This document shows, in pieces, positions 38,886 to 47,635 of a DNA stretch of 64,000 nt. The stretch lies in the IMG/VR virus record IMGVR_UViG_3300028393_000045, one strand, 5' to 3'. This DNA comes from an uncultured virus (IMG/VR IMGVR_UViG_3300028393_000045) (lineage: Duplodnaviria > Heunggongvirae > Uroviricota > Caudoviricetes). Under the pieces are notes generated by a model that saw only the letters and a list, made by a program, of their open reading frames with translations, searched no databases and was not told the DNA's origin. The position numbers and the translations under genes were made by a program. Position 1 is the stretch's first letter. Every line of letters begins with the position of its first letter.

Positions 38886-40229
38886 ATGGGCTACAGTGCA
38901 AGTATTAGAGAAAATCAATTCCAAGTTTTTTGGGAAATACGAACAGCAAATGTACCAAACGGTACAACTCTATACTGGACACTAGGACTGGCCGAAGGCG
39001 GCAGCCCTGGTGTCACTCCAGCCGATTTTGGCCTAGCACAAAATTGGGGCACTGTAATTATCAATGACAACTTTAGTAATTTTACGCTGCGAGGAGTTGA
39101 AGACCAAGTATACGAAGGCCCAGAGTTTTTCATACTACAATTAAGAACAGGTAGCCAATATGGTCCTGTTATTGCAACTAGTAATTACATACAAATTGTT
39201 GATACTAGCACTAGTGTCCCGGTAGCACCACCATATTACCCACCACCATATTACCCACCACCACCACCACCACCACCCGATACACCACCACCACCACCAT
39301 ATTACCCACCACCATATTACCCACCACCTGAAACACCACCATATTACCCGCCAGTACCACCTCCACCTCCGCCACCTCCACCACCTCCAGCACCTCCTGC
39401 GGTTGCCCCTACTCCTACATATCGTTTGTCAGTATCTCCTGTTACCGTAGCAGAAGGGGGTACACTCACTTACGTCTTAAATGGAACAAATGTTGTAAAC
39501 GGTACATATTATTGGTTTGTTAATCATACTGAGACTGTTCCGGCAAGTTTTGTATCCAGCTCTGGAGCGTTTGCTGTTACAAATAATTTGGGAAATTTTG
39601 AAGTGACTGCTTCGTATGATATCCCTACAACTCAAGCATTTACAGTAAGTGTATATCTGACCACTACTACCACCAGTAGTTTCAATGGGCTTTTCCAATA
39701 TAGTTCTCCTAACGTATTGACAACTTCTGACACATGCTATGTAACACAAAGCGGCGGCAGCCTCGGCGGCGGCGGCGGCGGCTTTGGTGGCGGCGGCGGT
39801 AGCGTTGCAGTTAATGCATATATGCCATATACAACTAAAAGAGCAGCTGAGATAGCTGTCGGTGATCCATTATTGTTGTTATCAATTGATAGACAAGGTA
39901 CAATGCCGGGCACAACAATAAGTAATAGAATTAGTCAACAGAATTTATTAACGCTAATCAGTGAGTCTGGTATTAGATTAACATTATCGGACAATACTCC
40001 GTTGACATTACCAAATGGTGCGTATGTTAATAGTACACAGGCATTAGGCAATTATTTACCAGTGCAAGATGTAAATGGATTCCGTTGGGAACGAATTGTG
40101 GAAGTAGTTGATGCAGGACAAGGTCTTGTTGCTACAATAGCATGCAAAAATCAATGTTATGCAGCAGGTGACGAGCCAGATAGATTCATATGGACGCACA
40201 ATGTCATGATGCAAATGGAAAAATATTAA
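38886..40229 (+). CDS. Pro-rich virion protein with a C-terminal Hint-like domain
   Basis: GGGG|SVAVNA...EIAVGD.L...L.SESG..L..S..TP...IWTHN. Confidence 0.7.
   Translation: MGYSASIRENQFQVFWEIRTANVPNGTTLYWTLGLAEGGSPGVTPADFGLAQNWGTVIINDNFSNFTLRGVEDQVYEGPEFFILQLRTGSQYGPVIATSNYIQIVDTSTSVPVAPPYYPPPYYPPPPPPPPDTPPPPPYYPPPYYPPPETPPYYPPVPPPPPPPPPPPAPPAVAPTPTYRLSVSPVTVAEGGTLTYVLNGTNVVNGTYYWFVNHTETVPASFVSSSGAFAVTNNLGNFEVTASYDIPTTQAFTVSVYLTTTTTSSFNGLFQYSSPNVLTTSDTCYVTQSGGSLGGGGGGFGGGGGSVAVNAYMPYTTKRAAEIAVGDPLLLLSIDRQGTMPGTTISNRISQQNLLTLISESGIRLTLSDNTPLTLPNGAYVNSTQALGNYLPVQDVNGFRWERIVEVVDAGQGLVATIACKNQCYAAGDEPDRFIWTHNVMMQMEKY
39226..39400 (+). repeat. Extensin-like poly-Pro/YYPPP tract
   Basis: CCA/CCT runs interspersed with TATTAC. 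Confidence 0.85.
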
Positions 40230-40253
40230 AATAACAAATAGAGGAATATACAA

Positions 40254-40550
40254 ATGAACTATCACATTAGAGCATTCAATAAAGTGCTAGGCCACTTATA
40301 TGTTGAATTTGAAGGATTCGGGAATAAAGCAATCAATGTACCAATCAACGAGAATGGGCTTTATATAAACGGCACTGAGTTAGACGAATATATAAAAAAC
40401 TTTATACCAGAATCTGAAGTTAAAAGACGAGCAGCACTGGAAGCTGGAATACCAAATTGGGAAGACATTCAGAGTTTAGTACCAGAACCGGATCAGCAAA
40501 CTTTTGTAACAAATTCTAATCCAGTTATTGATACAGGTCCAGTTCAATAA
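40254..40550 (+). CDS. Hypothetical protein, possibly tail fibre accessory
   Basis: Last + strand gene of the tail module; SD GAGG. Confidence 0.55.
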   Translation: MNYHIRAFNKVLGHLYVEFEGFGNKAINVPINENGLYINGTELDEYIKNFIPESEVKRRAALEAGIPNWEDIQSLVPEPDQQTFVTNSNPVIDTGPVQ

Positions 40551-40551
40551 T

Positions 40552-40794
40552 TTAAAGCCATCTTAGGCAAAAATAAGTTATATCCTCAGAGTGTAACTTA
40601 GCAATAACTTTAAAAGAATAATTGTAGTTGTTGGGGTCAATGGCTTGTTCCCATCTAGGCTTTTCCACAGCATGTCCCATAACCCATTGACCTGCTTCAC
40701 TAGTCTCCCATTCGTATAGAGGCTCAGAGGCATACACACTAGGATCTTCTGCCCAAGCATCTACTAGAAATGTATGGACAACGATCTCTTGCAT
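40552..40794 (-). CDS. Hypothetical protein
   Basis: ORF downstream of thyX, convergent with the tail module. Confidence 0.65.
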   Translation of the reverse strand: MQEIVVHTFLVDAWAEDPSVYASEPLYEWETSEAGQWVMGHAVEKPRWEQAIDPNNYNYSFKVIAKLHSEDITYFCLRWL

Positions 40795-40797
40795 ATA

Positions 40798-41481
40798 TTA
40801 TTCTGACACGTATTCTTCAGCCATCGGGAATATAGCAGCAATGGCTTTAGCACAGGCCAATGCCACAAGTTGATGTTCTTTTTGTGTACCATTTGCACTA
40901 CGTAGTTCTATAAAGTGAACCCAGCTACGTAATGTGCCATTCATATATAAACGGCTAACAGTATTACCTTCGGGCAGTATAGCTCTAGCCTGCTCTTTAG
41001 CAATACCTTGGTCTATTGCCCATGAATAATGCTCATGTACTAGATCTATTACCTCTTGCTGTCTACGGTTCCACTCGGCAGTAATACCCTGTTGTTTTGC
41101 ATCATTAGCATCAATTTCTATGCTGTTTTGTCTATTCTTGGTATCCTGTAAGCGTGCCTCTCTAAGAACAAAGCTAAGATCCTTAGTAGGGTCTGCATAG
41201 CGTTGACTAAACTCTTGGAAACTAAAACTACGGTGCCTGAGAATTTGACGTGCAATATCCCGTGTGGTTTCAATTTCTACACAAGCCGAAACCATTTCGA
41301 GTGGACTCCAATGTGCGTGTTTAACCAGGTACCGAATAAGTTTCTCACTAGATTCAGTATTGAATTGATTAGACGGATTGCTTACACGAGCACAGTAGGC
41401 AATTAGCTCTTGTGCATCGTTAATACCTTGTTGTTGAAATTCAGTCGTAGGTTGTGAGAATGAAACTAAAGTTACGTTCAT
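40798..41481 (-). CDS. thyX: Flavin-dependent thymidylate synthase
   Basis: HWSPLE, RHRSFSFQEFSQRY, EQAR.ILP, TQKEH. Confidence 0.95.
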   Translation of the reverse strand: MNVTLVSFSQPTTEFQQQGINDAQELIAYCARVSNPSNQFNTESSEKLIRYLVKHAHWSPLEMVSACVEIETTRDIARQILRHRSFSFQEFSQRYADPTKDLSFVLREARLQDTKNRQNSIEIDANDAKQQGITAEWNRRQQEVIDLVHEHYSWAIDQGIAKEQARAILPEGNTVSRLYMNGTLRSWVHFIELRSANGTQKEHQLVALACAKAIAAIFPMAEEYVSE

Positions 41482-41819
41482 AGGTCTTTAAGTATTTGGT
41501 CGGTTATGGGTTGAATGGCTTTTGCAACATCGTCGACATCAACATAAAAGTCAACATCAACAATAATATGATCCAAGGCTGTTAACCGTGAATCTAACAT
41601 TTCTTCAATCGCGCTAGGATCGTTTCCCTCGTCGATCAATTCTTTAACATCGATATTAACTACAGTTCCATCTATTAGATTTACATTAAGCGACCGAAGT
41701 AACGTAATAGGAATTTCATTTTTTTCTACATCTTTAAGAATTTTTTTCCATTGATCTCGAGGAGAAACATTAATCTTTTTTAGCTTTGACCGCGGGTTTT
41801 TTCTTGGTTGGGGTGACAT
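41478..41819 (-). CDS. Hypothetical protein
   Basis: ORF coupled to thyX. Confidence 0.65.
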   Translation of the reverse strand: MSPQPRKNPRSKLKKINVSPRDQWKKILKDVEKNEIPITLLRSLNVNLIDGTVVNIDVKELIDEGNDPSAIEEMLDSRLTALDHIIVDVDFYVDVDDVAKAIQPITDQILKDL

Positions 41820-42444
41820 TTTTTGCAGTTATAGGGTCGAGCGCAGCGGCTTCTGTTAACAGACGATCGGCTTCTTTTAAAAGTTGCTCGGCATTGGCTT
41901 TCATAGTCTCGGCTTGTTTGATTCGGTCTTTGGCTAAATCGGCATCACTTAACACTTGGTCTACTGGTGCTTGAATAGAAGCAGGAATGGATCTACTAGA
42001 GCTAGGGACTCCTACTTCTCTTGGTTCTGGTTTACGCTTCTTACCAGACATTCCACGATCCGCATCTAACTCAGCAAGACGCTTAATTGCACTTTCGCCT
42101 TGTGCCATTTCATTTAAGATTGTATTCATTTCATCTAAACGAACAGAGCTAGTGCTATTAGGTGTTAGTATAACTTGATTGGTTGGGATTTTTTTAAGTA
42201 ATCCGTTTTTATGTAATGCTTCCAGACAATTAGTTCCATCAGACATTAGATTTCTAAATAAGACATCTGACAAACTTTCGGCTGCTTGACCCGGCGCACT
42301 TTCTAAAACCGACATTACTGTGTCGTGATACATTCTTGGAAGTAAATCACTATATGCAACTAAGCACATATGATCTTCTCCGGGAAGGGTTCTAAATATT
42401 AATACAATTTTTTTGTTGTTATGTTTGCCAATATGTTTATACAT
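41770..42444 (-). CDS. Hypothetical protein with a C-terminal coiled coil and basic tail
   Basis: 224-aa ORF with SD AAGGA. Confidence 0.7.
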   Translation of the reverse strand: MYKHIGKHNNKKIVLIFRTLPGEDHMCLVAYSDLLPRMYHDTVMSVLESAPGQAAESLSDVLFRNLMSDGTNCLEALHKNGLLKKIPTNQVILTPNSTSSVRLDEMNTILNEMAQGESAIKRLAELDADRGMSGKKRKPEPREVGVPSSSRSIPASIQAPVDQVLSDADLAKDRIKQAETMKANAEQLLKEADRLLTEAAALDPITAKNVTPTKKKPAVKAKKD

Positions 42445-42455
42445 AATAATTTCCT

Positions 42456-42686
42456 TTAAGTGGTGCTATCGTTTGTTTCGTCATTTTTGGCTGCATTAGC
42501 TGCATTAACAAAAGTTGTAATACGATCGTATACTGCGCCCACACTTGAAAGTTCGTCCGGTTTCCAGGCGCCTCTTTTTGTTACAGTTTCTATAATCTGT
42601 AACATTATGTTTAAGTCGTTTAAACTTAATGTTGGTGTTGTGTTTGACGGAATCTCGCTAGATTCAGTATTTGAAACTTCAGACAT
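42456..42686 (-). CDS. Hypothetical protein
   Basis: ORF with SD GGAG and a TAAATA-like element upstream. Confidence 0.65.
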   Translation of the reverse strand: MSEVSNTESSEIPSNTTPTLSLNDLNIMLQIIETVTKRGAWKPDELSSVGAVYDRITTFVNAANAAKNDETNDSTT

Positions 42687-42744
42687 AAATTGATTCTCCG
42701 ATGATACACTTATTTAATAGTAATGGTCATCGGCCAATAAATTT

Positions 42745-43053
42745 TTATAATTTAAAACTATTAATGTCTGACAGCACCAATGCAAAATACGATGCTTCGC
42801 TATGTATCTCAAATCCGGCACGTTTACGCATAGAAAATCCACTGCTACCTTCAGCAATAGATACCACATCACCAAAATAAAACCTACCTTCAAGATTTTC
42901 AAATATCCAATTGACTATCTGACTAGCAGGCCCGGTTAGATCAAAGTCCACCGCAAAAAAATGTGGCGGGCAATGATCTAATTTACGTAATCCGTGTACG
43001 TTTAACGGATTAATCTGGAATGACTGTAGTGATTGTAACGTCATTAAAAACAA
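42745..43053 (-). CDS. Hypothetical protein (start uncertain)
   Basis: ORF in the - strand gene run. Confidence 0.55.
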   Translation of the reverse strand: MFLMTLQSLQSFQINPLNVHGLRKLDHCPPHFFAVDFDLTGPASQIVNWIFENLEGRFYFGDVVSIAEGSSGFSMRKRAGFEIHSEASYFALVLSDINSFKL

Positions 43054-43279
43054 TTTCGTTGGCCAGATCTTCTAAATCTAATCGATCTTTAAGATACTCG
43101 TTTGCAGTTTCGACAAAACTATTTAATAGATGTGGCTGACTTGTCATGATTGAAATCTCAGCTGAGCGAGCCAAATCATCCAAGTAACGCTCACAATCTA
43201 GTAACTTAATTTGTAAGTCTGTAATTACTTGACGAGCTTGTTTAAGACGTTTTACAGAGTCTGGATTTACAATTTTCAT
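43010..43279 (-). CDS. Hypothetical protein
   Basis: ATGA overlap with the VWA gene. Confidence 0.6.
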   Translation of the reverse strand: MKIVNPDSVKRLKQARQVITDLQIKLLDCERYLDDLARSAEISIMTSQPHLLNSFVETANEYLKDRLDLEDLANEIVFNDVTITTVIPD

Positions 43280-44535
43280 TTGACTGCATCCTCGTAGTGA
43301 GCCCAGATACCAAACGGTGGTTGAGCAGATTCATTACCTTTAATAATCCAAACGGTGTCGCAGTAGTTGGCATCACCCCAAGACCCATTTGGGTAACCGT
43401 CAGTGAACACAACCAACTTCTTAGGCTCAATTCCGTTCTCTTTCATGAATTCAAAATTGGCTTCGAACAAAGTGCCACCGCCGCCTGCTGGCTCGTACTC
43501 GGAAATTTGTTTCATGTTGTCTTGTGTGAATTCTTGCATGTTATGAACATCAGTATCAAAACACCACACTTTAATTTTGTAGTCGGTATAAGAATCCATA
43601 ATGCCTTGGATTTCTCCTAAGAATATTTTAAGTTCTTCGTTACCAATGCTACCTGAAGTATCAATGGCTACACAGATATCAACAGTTTCTCCATACTTGG
43701 TACCTGGCAGGATAGCATCCATATGCCAGCCTCTGCGGTTAACTCGCATGAAGCTGTAGTCATCTTTGATTGTACTTTGAATCTGTTGCAACAACAATTC
43801 GCGCCAGTCAATAACCGACTCAGTCATATCTTTAATTAGACGCTTGACACCATCGGGCAAATCATTAGAACCAGCGGCCTGTGCAGCCTGCAATACTGCT
43901 TCTTTGATTTCGTCACGCAAGGCTTTACGTTCGTCTTTGCTCAGTTTAGGCCGACCGTTGCCATCGCCGTCTTGATCACCATCACCATTGCCATCACTGT
44001 CATCTTCGTCTAGATGCTCGTCTAGCATTTGATCAATCAATTTTTTAATGTCAATCTTTTTAGCATTCTTATACAAGTCGTCGTAGACTTCTTCGTAGCT
44101 CATGCCGCGATACTTACGATCTAGTAGAATTGGAACAGTGGTAATCTTCTGACCAATATTGTGATCTACTAGATCTTGATTAACGCAATAGTCGGCAGCA
44201 ATGTTACTAAGCACCGGGTCACGATTTTCACGACGTCCTAAATGATCATATACCACATGCAACACTTCATGCCCAAACAAGAACTCGCATTCTTTTAAAC
44301 TTAGACGATTAATGAATTCGCTATTGTACCAAAAATTACGTCCGTCGGTAGCGGCAGTAGAGCACCAGCTATCGCCGTTAATTAGTTTTAACCGAGTTGC
44401 CAAGTTACCAAAAAACCCAGCTCGCAATAACAAACCTACACGAGCTGTAATAAGTTTTTCGCGGGCAATTGCATCAATTTTAGGATTGGTAACTGTAACG
44501 ACTTTTTGTTTTTCTGCTAGGGTAGTGTCAGACAT
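43276..44535 (-). CDS. Metallopeptidase-like + VWA domain protein (DUF2201 type)
   Basis: TAATDG, HEVLH zinc motif, DTSGS MIDAS, GGGGT.F, FTDG. Confidence 0.85.
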   Translation of the reverse strand: MSDTTLAEKQKVVTVTNPKIDAIAREKLITARVGLLLRAGFFGNLATRLKLINGDSWCSTAATDGRNFWYNSEFINRLSLKECEFLFGHEVLHVVYDHLGRRENRDPVLSNIAADYCVNQDLVDHNIGQKITTVPILLDRKYRGMSYEEVYDDLYKNAKKIDIKKLIDQMLDEHLDEDDSDGNGDGDQDGDGNGRPKLSKDERKALRDEIKEAVLQAAQAAGSNDLPDGVKRLIKDMTESVIDWRELLLQQIQSTIKDDYSFMRVNRRGWHMDAILPGTKYGETVDICVAIDTSGSIGNEELKIFLGEIQGIMDSYTDYKIKVWCFDTDVHNMQEFTQDNMKQISEYEPAGGGGTLFEANFEFMKENGIEPKKLVVFTDGYPNGSWGDANYCDTVWIIKGNESAQPPFGIWAHYEDAVK

Positions 44536-44557
44536 AATATATCCTGGTTAAAATTGT

Positions 44558-44586
44558 ATTATACATTATTCTTATCCGTTTGTCAA
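44558..44586 (-). promoter_or_regulatory. Consensus sigma70 (early) promoter
   Basis: TTGACA-17-TATAAT on -. Confidence 0.8.
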
Positions 44587-44589
44587 GAT

Positions 44590-44615
44590 AAAAAAGAGGC
44601 TTGCGCCCCTTTTTT
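44590..44615 (-). terminator. Intrinsic terminator (possibly bidirectional)
   Basis: GGGGC-GCAA-GCCTC plus T6 on -, directly after the MoxR stop. Confidence 0.75.
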
Positions 44616-45714
44616 ATTTAACTGCGGCAACCACGTACTTACCAAAACGCTTATGGAACTCGTCAAAGTTCTTGATCTTGCCAGGCACAAACGGAATGCC
44701 GTATGTGGTAATAGCAATACGCGATGCCATAACTACCAATTCAGTAGTGAAATTATCCATGATGAAGCGGAAGAAATTATCCGTCATCTTAGTCCACTCT
44801 TCTGACTTTGGACCCAGTTTATCAAAAGAATCTTTGAGTTCATAGCATAAGCTGATAGTCAAAGAGTACATGGCACTGATCTCTTTAATTTTCAGTTCAG
44901 TGATACGACCTTTCAACACTTCAACTGGGTCGGGCATCTGACCTGCTACTTTACGATGAGCCATAAACTTAACTGCAAGCCCTTCGCCTACTGCACCAGA
45001 GATCAAGTCAACAGTGCCAGAGTCCATACCATCATCGTCGTCTAGCAGTTCGCTAACAAAGACCCACGAACGTGGTGTAGCAAAGGACCGTGTACTAGAG
45101 CGTGGGTCAAAGTCAAACAAGTCTTGTTTAGCAAAACTCAAGTAACCGACAACATCTTTATGGATCTTGTTGTTAACTGCCCATGTCTGCCAGGATTCAA
45201 AGTCTACTCGTAGTTCCATATGAATGAAACGATTGCTCAATGGACTAGGCATACGGAAAGTAACGCCTTTATCGCTTTCGCGATTACCGGCCGCAACCAT
45301 AACAACATTCTTAGGCAATACATACTTGCCGATACGACGGTTTAGAATAAGTTGATAAGCCGCCGCCTGCACACTGGGAGCCGCTGAGTTTAGCTCATCA
45401 AGGAACAGAACAATAATAGGATACTGACTGGCCATTTCTTCATCGGGCAAATCAATAGGAGGAGCCCAATCCATTTTACTTTTTTCTTTGTTGAAGAAAG
45501 GAATGCCGCGCAGGTCAGTTGGATCCATCTGGCTTAGACGCAGATCAATCATATGCCCGCCCAAGTCTTCAGTAATGCCAGCTACCAGCTCGCTCTTACC
45601 AATTCCTGGGGGACCCCAAAAGAACACAGGTCGTTGTTTCTTAAAACAACGCATGAGACCACGACGTGCCTCAACTGGAGTAACTGTACGTGCATCTGAA
45701 ATCTGAGTAGCCAT
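44614..45714 (-). CDS. MoxR-family AAA+ ATPase
   Basis: GPPGIGKS, LFLDE, AAGNR, NRF, TPRSW; adjacent to the VWA gene. Confidence 0.88.
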   Translation of the reverse strand: MATQISDARTVTPVEARRGLMRCFKKQRPVFFWGPPGIGKSELVAGITEDLGGHMIDLRLSQMDPTDLRGIPFFNKEKSKMDWAPPIDLPDEEMASQYPIIVLFLDELNSAAPSVQAAAYQLILNRRIGKYVLPKNVVMVAAGNRESDKGVTFRMPSPLSNRFIHMELRVDFESWQTWAVNNKIHKDVVGYLSFAKQDLFDFDPRSSTRSFATPRSWVFVSELLDDDDGMDSGTVDLISGAVGEGLAVKFMAHRKVAGQMPDPVEVLKGRITELKIKEISAMYSLTISLCYELKDSFDKLGPKSEEWTKMTDNFFRFIMDNFTTELVVMASRIAITTYGIPFVPGKIKNFDEFHKRFGKYVVAAVK

Positions 45715-45742
45715 GATAACCTTTCAAGTTAAATAAAAATGT

Positions 45743-45772
45743 ATTATAGCATACAATCAATAACCCGCACAA
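45743..45772 (-). promoter_or_regulatory. Sigma70-like promoter
   Basis: TTGTGC-18-TATAAT with extended TG. Confidence 0.5.
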
Positions 45773-45810
45773 TTGTATGGGTATTGATTGTGGTATTTTT
45801 GCAACACCTA

Positions 45811-46104
45811 TTAGGCTACTACAGCCTCATCCAAAACCAGCTCTAACATGCTGGCAGGAACTTTCCAAAGACCGTTGGTAGTTCGCACTGTGACGAACTT
45901 AATGGCAATTTTTTGAACAGTACCACGTACTAACATTCCGCGCCTGGAGTCACGAAACTGTACAGTGTCGCCTAAGTCTAGAGCACGGCGATTCTGTTTT
46001 GTTAGTTGGGCACGGGCAAACTTAACTGCATCAATAATGCTGGTCAGCTGATCGTTAGTAAAATCACCAAACATGATAGCGGTATTAATTTGAGTAATGT
46101 TCAT
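45811..46104 (-). CDS. Hypothetical early protein (SH3-like C-terminus)
   Basis: SD GGAG; GDTV.F...G.V.K...K...V....WKVP pattern. Confidence 0.65.
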   Translation of the reverse strand: MNITQINTAIMFGDFTNDQLTSIIDAVKFARAQLTKQNRRALDLGDTVQFRDSRRGMLVRGTVQKIAIKFVTVRTTNGLWKVPASMLELVLDEAVVA

Positions 46105-46127
46105 AGTAGACTCCAGTTAGTTAAAGG

Positions 46128-46355
46128 TTAAACAGTTTCAATTTCAAGTTTAGTAACACGCATTGCCTTGAGATTTTGATGAGTGGCACACAGGCGAACT
46201 GAATAATCATGTCCGGCAATCTGACCAACTAAGATATCAATCCAAGGAACAACTTGGTTGGCAGCGTTGAGGTTCAACGAAATGTTAGTGATAACACCTT
46301 CGAGAACGCCTGCACTAGAAGACCAAGTAACTGTATCGTTGACGTTAAGATTCAT
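46128..46355 (-). CDS. Hypothetical early protein
   Basis: SD GGAG; ORF. Confidence 0.65.
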   Translation of the reverse strand: MNLNVNDTVTWSSSAGVLEGVITNISLNLNAANQVVPWIDILVGQIAGHDYSVRLCATHQNLKAMRVTKLEIETV

Positions 46356-46378
46356 AATTAACTCCGTTCAGTTAAGGG

Positions 46379-46489
46379 TTAAACCAAAGTAGAAAGTTCA
46401 GGAAATACATTGGCCAGTAGCTCTGCAATAACATTCATACCCATGAACTTTGCTGTTATTACTAAAACTGCTGTTACTGCTATTTCCAT
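46379..46489 (-). CDS. 36-aa hydrophobic peptide (not in the ORF track)
   Basis: MEIAVTAVLVITAKFMGMNVIAELLANVFPELSTLV*; SD AGGA; first gene after the early promoter. Confidence 0.55.
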   Translation of the reverse strand: MEIAVTAVLVITAKFMGMNVIAELLANVFPELSTLV

Positions 46490-46520
46490 CTCTATCCTGT
46501 TTGTTGCTGTCTATGTATGT

Positions 46521-46549
46521 ATTATAGTGCCTTTCGGGCTAGCAGTCAA
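46521..46549 (-). promoter_or_regulatory. Strong sigma70 (early) promoter
   Basis: TTGACT-17-TATAAT on -. Confidence 0.8.
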
Positions 46550-46596
46550 CCGTTTTTTATGGAATTTTTACGGATTTTTTGTTGTTTTTAAACAAC

Positions 46597-46621
46597 AAAG
46601 TGGGCCTAAAGCCCACTTTTT
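46597..46621. terminator. Intrinsic terminator hairpin
   Basis: AAAGTGGGC-CTAAA-GCCCACTTT. Confidence 0.65.
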
Positions 46622-46641
46622 GCTGGTTTTTTCAGCAGTTT

Positions 46642-46914
46642 TTACTTTTTGCTAGTACCTTGGTTTACAAAACCGTACATTTTTTCAGCAGTTTCTAGCA
46701 CTTTGTCCAGTCCCGGAAAAGTTGGCATTGCTACTGTACTGACAATTTGACCTGTCTTCTCGTCACGAGTAGCAGTCAATTCCCATCCTTGGAATTTAGC
46801 ATGGAAATCGTCTTGTACCAGGCTTTTAGCCATGCCCAAGATATCAGTGCGGATTTCATACCCGTTTTTGTTGAATTTAATTTCTGGTGTTTTTGGTAGT
46901 TCAAATGTTGACAT
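46642..46914 (-). CDS. Hypothetical protein
   Basis: ORF with an ACACACAAGGAG leader. Confidence 0.7.
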   Translation of the reverse strand: MSTFELPKTPEIKFNKNGYEIRTDILGMAKSLVQDDFHAKFQGWELTATRDEKTGQIVSTVAMPTFPGLDKVLETAEKMYGFVNQGTSKK

Positions 46915-46915
46915 A

Positions 46916-47194
46916 TTATTCTCCTTGTGTGTTAATGTCTGTGTCGGCTGATTTTTTGACAGTCTTTGCCTTGACTGTTTTTTCCTCCGTTTGAGGATAG
47001 AAAACTTTACTCATTGAGTCAACGCTATAAGTGAGCATTTCGATTGTGTTGTTGACTATCATTTTACCAAATACTGTTTGAGCATCAATAAAATTATTTG
47101 CAACTTTATTCAGTCTATCGTCAGTGTAGACTTTGTTGGTCATCATTCTTTTAGATGACTGGAAGAGATCGATGTAAAAATCGGGTGTAAACAT
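46916..47194 (-). CDS. Phasin-like helical protein (tentative)
   Basis: Amphipathic helical pattern (IDLFQ..K.........FIDAQT.F.K); similarity judged by eye only. Confidence 0.45.
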   Translation of the reverse strand: MFTPDFYIDLFQSSKRMMTNKVYTDDRLNKVANNFIDAQTVFGKMIVNNTIEMLTYSVDSMSKVFYPQTEEKTVKAKTVKKSADTDINTQGE

Positions 47195-47266
47195 AATTGT
47201 GTCCTTGTGTGTATGTTAACTTATTTATCTACTTAATGCAATAGCTAAACAGTTTTTTTTGGTGAA

Positions 47267-47401
47267 TTAAATCCACCCTTTAAAGTCTTCCATCATGAGC
47301 CTTTTAGCACCTACATGGTCGCCACGTTGTGCAAGATGAGTAGCAGCACGGGCCTTGCCCATGTCGCCCAAAAAGTTATAAATTGATTTAAGTAATTTCA
47401 T
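47267..47401 (-). CDS. 44-aa protein (not in the ORF track)
   Basis: MKLLKSIYNFLGDMGKARAATHLAQRGDHVGAKRLMMEDFKGWI*; ATGA overlap with the upstream ORF. Confidence 0.65.
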   Translation of the reverse strand: MKLLKSIYNFLGDMGKARAATHLAQRGDHVGAKRLMMEDFKGWI

Positions 47402-47574
47402 ATCCAACCCTTTCCTGCGTGATGCATATCAAATTGGCGTGTAAGACGATCTACATCACATGTATTTTGTGGTGCGTGTCTGACAATGTATTCTTCTAAT
47501 GCTGATCCGTAAGTTTGTGGCTTTTCAAATGCCTGAAACATCTTTTGGAAATAACCGGCTAGCTGGTTTAACAT
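47398..47574 (-). CDS. 58-aa protein (not in the ORF track)
   Basis: MLNQLAGYFQKMFQAFEKPQTYGSALEEYIVRHAPQNTCDVDRLTRQFDMHHAGKGWI*; SD AGGAG. Confidence 0.7.
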   Translation of the reverse strand: MLNQLAGYFQKMFQAFEKPQTYGSALEEYIVRHAPQNTCDVDRLTRQFDMHHAGKGWI

Positions 47575-47635
47575 ATTTTTCTCCTGTGTGTAATGTTAAT
47601 AGAAACTCATGGTTTCTACTTACGTATTTACCTTG

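Noticed and set aside
29107..40229. Diversity-generating retroelement target
   Set aside because: No RT and no adenine-specific TR/VR repeat pair seen
39800..40229. Canonical intein
   Set aside because: C-terminal position, Val after HN, no host-protein C-extein
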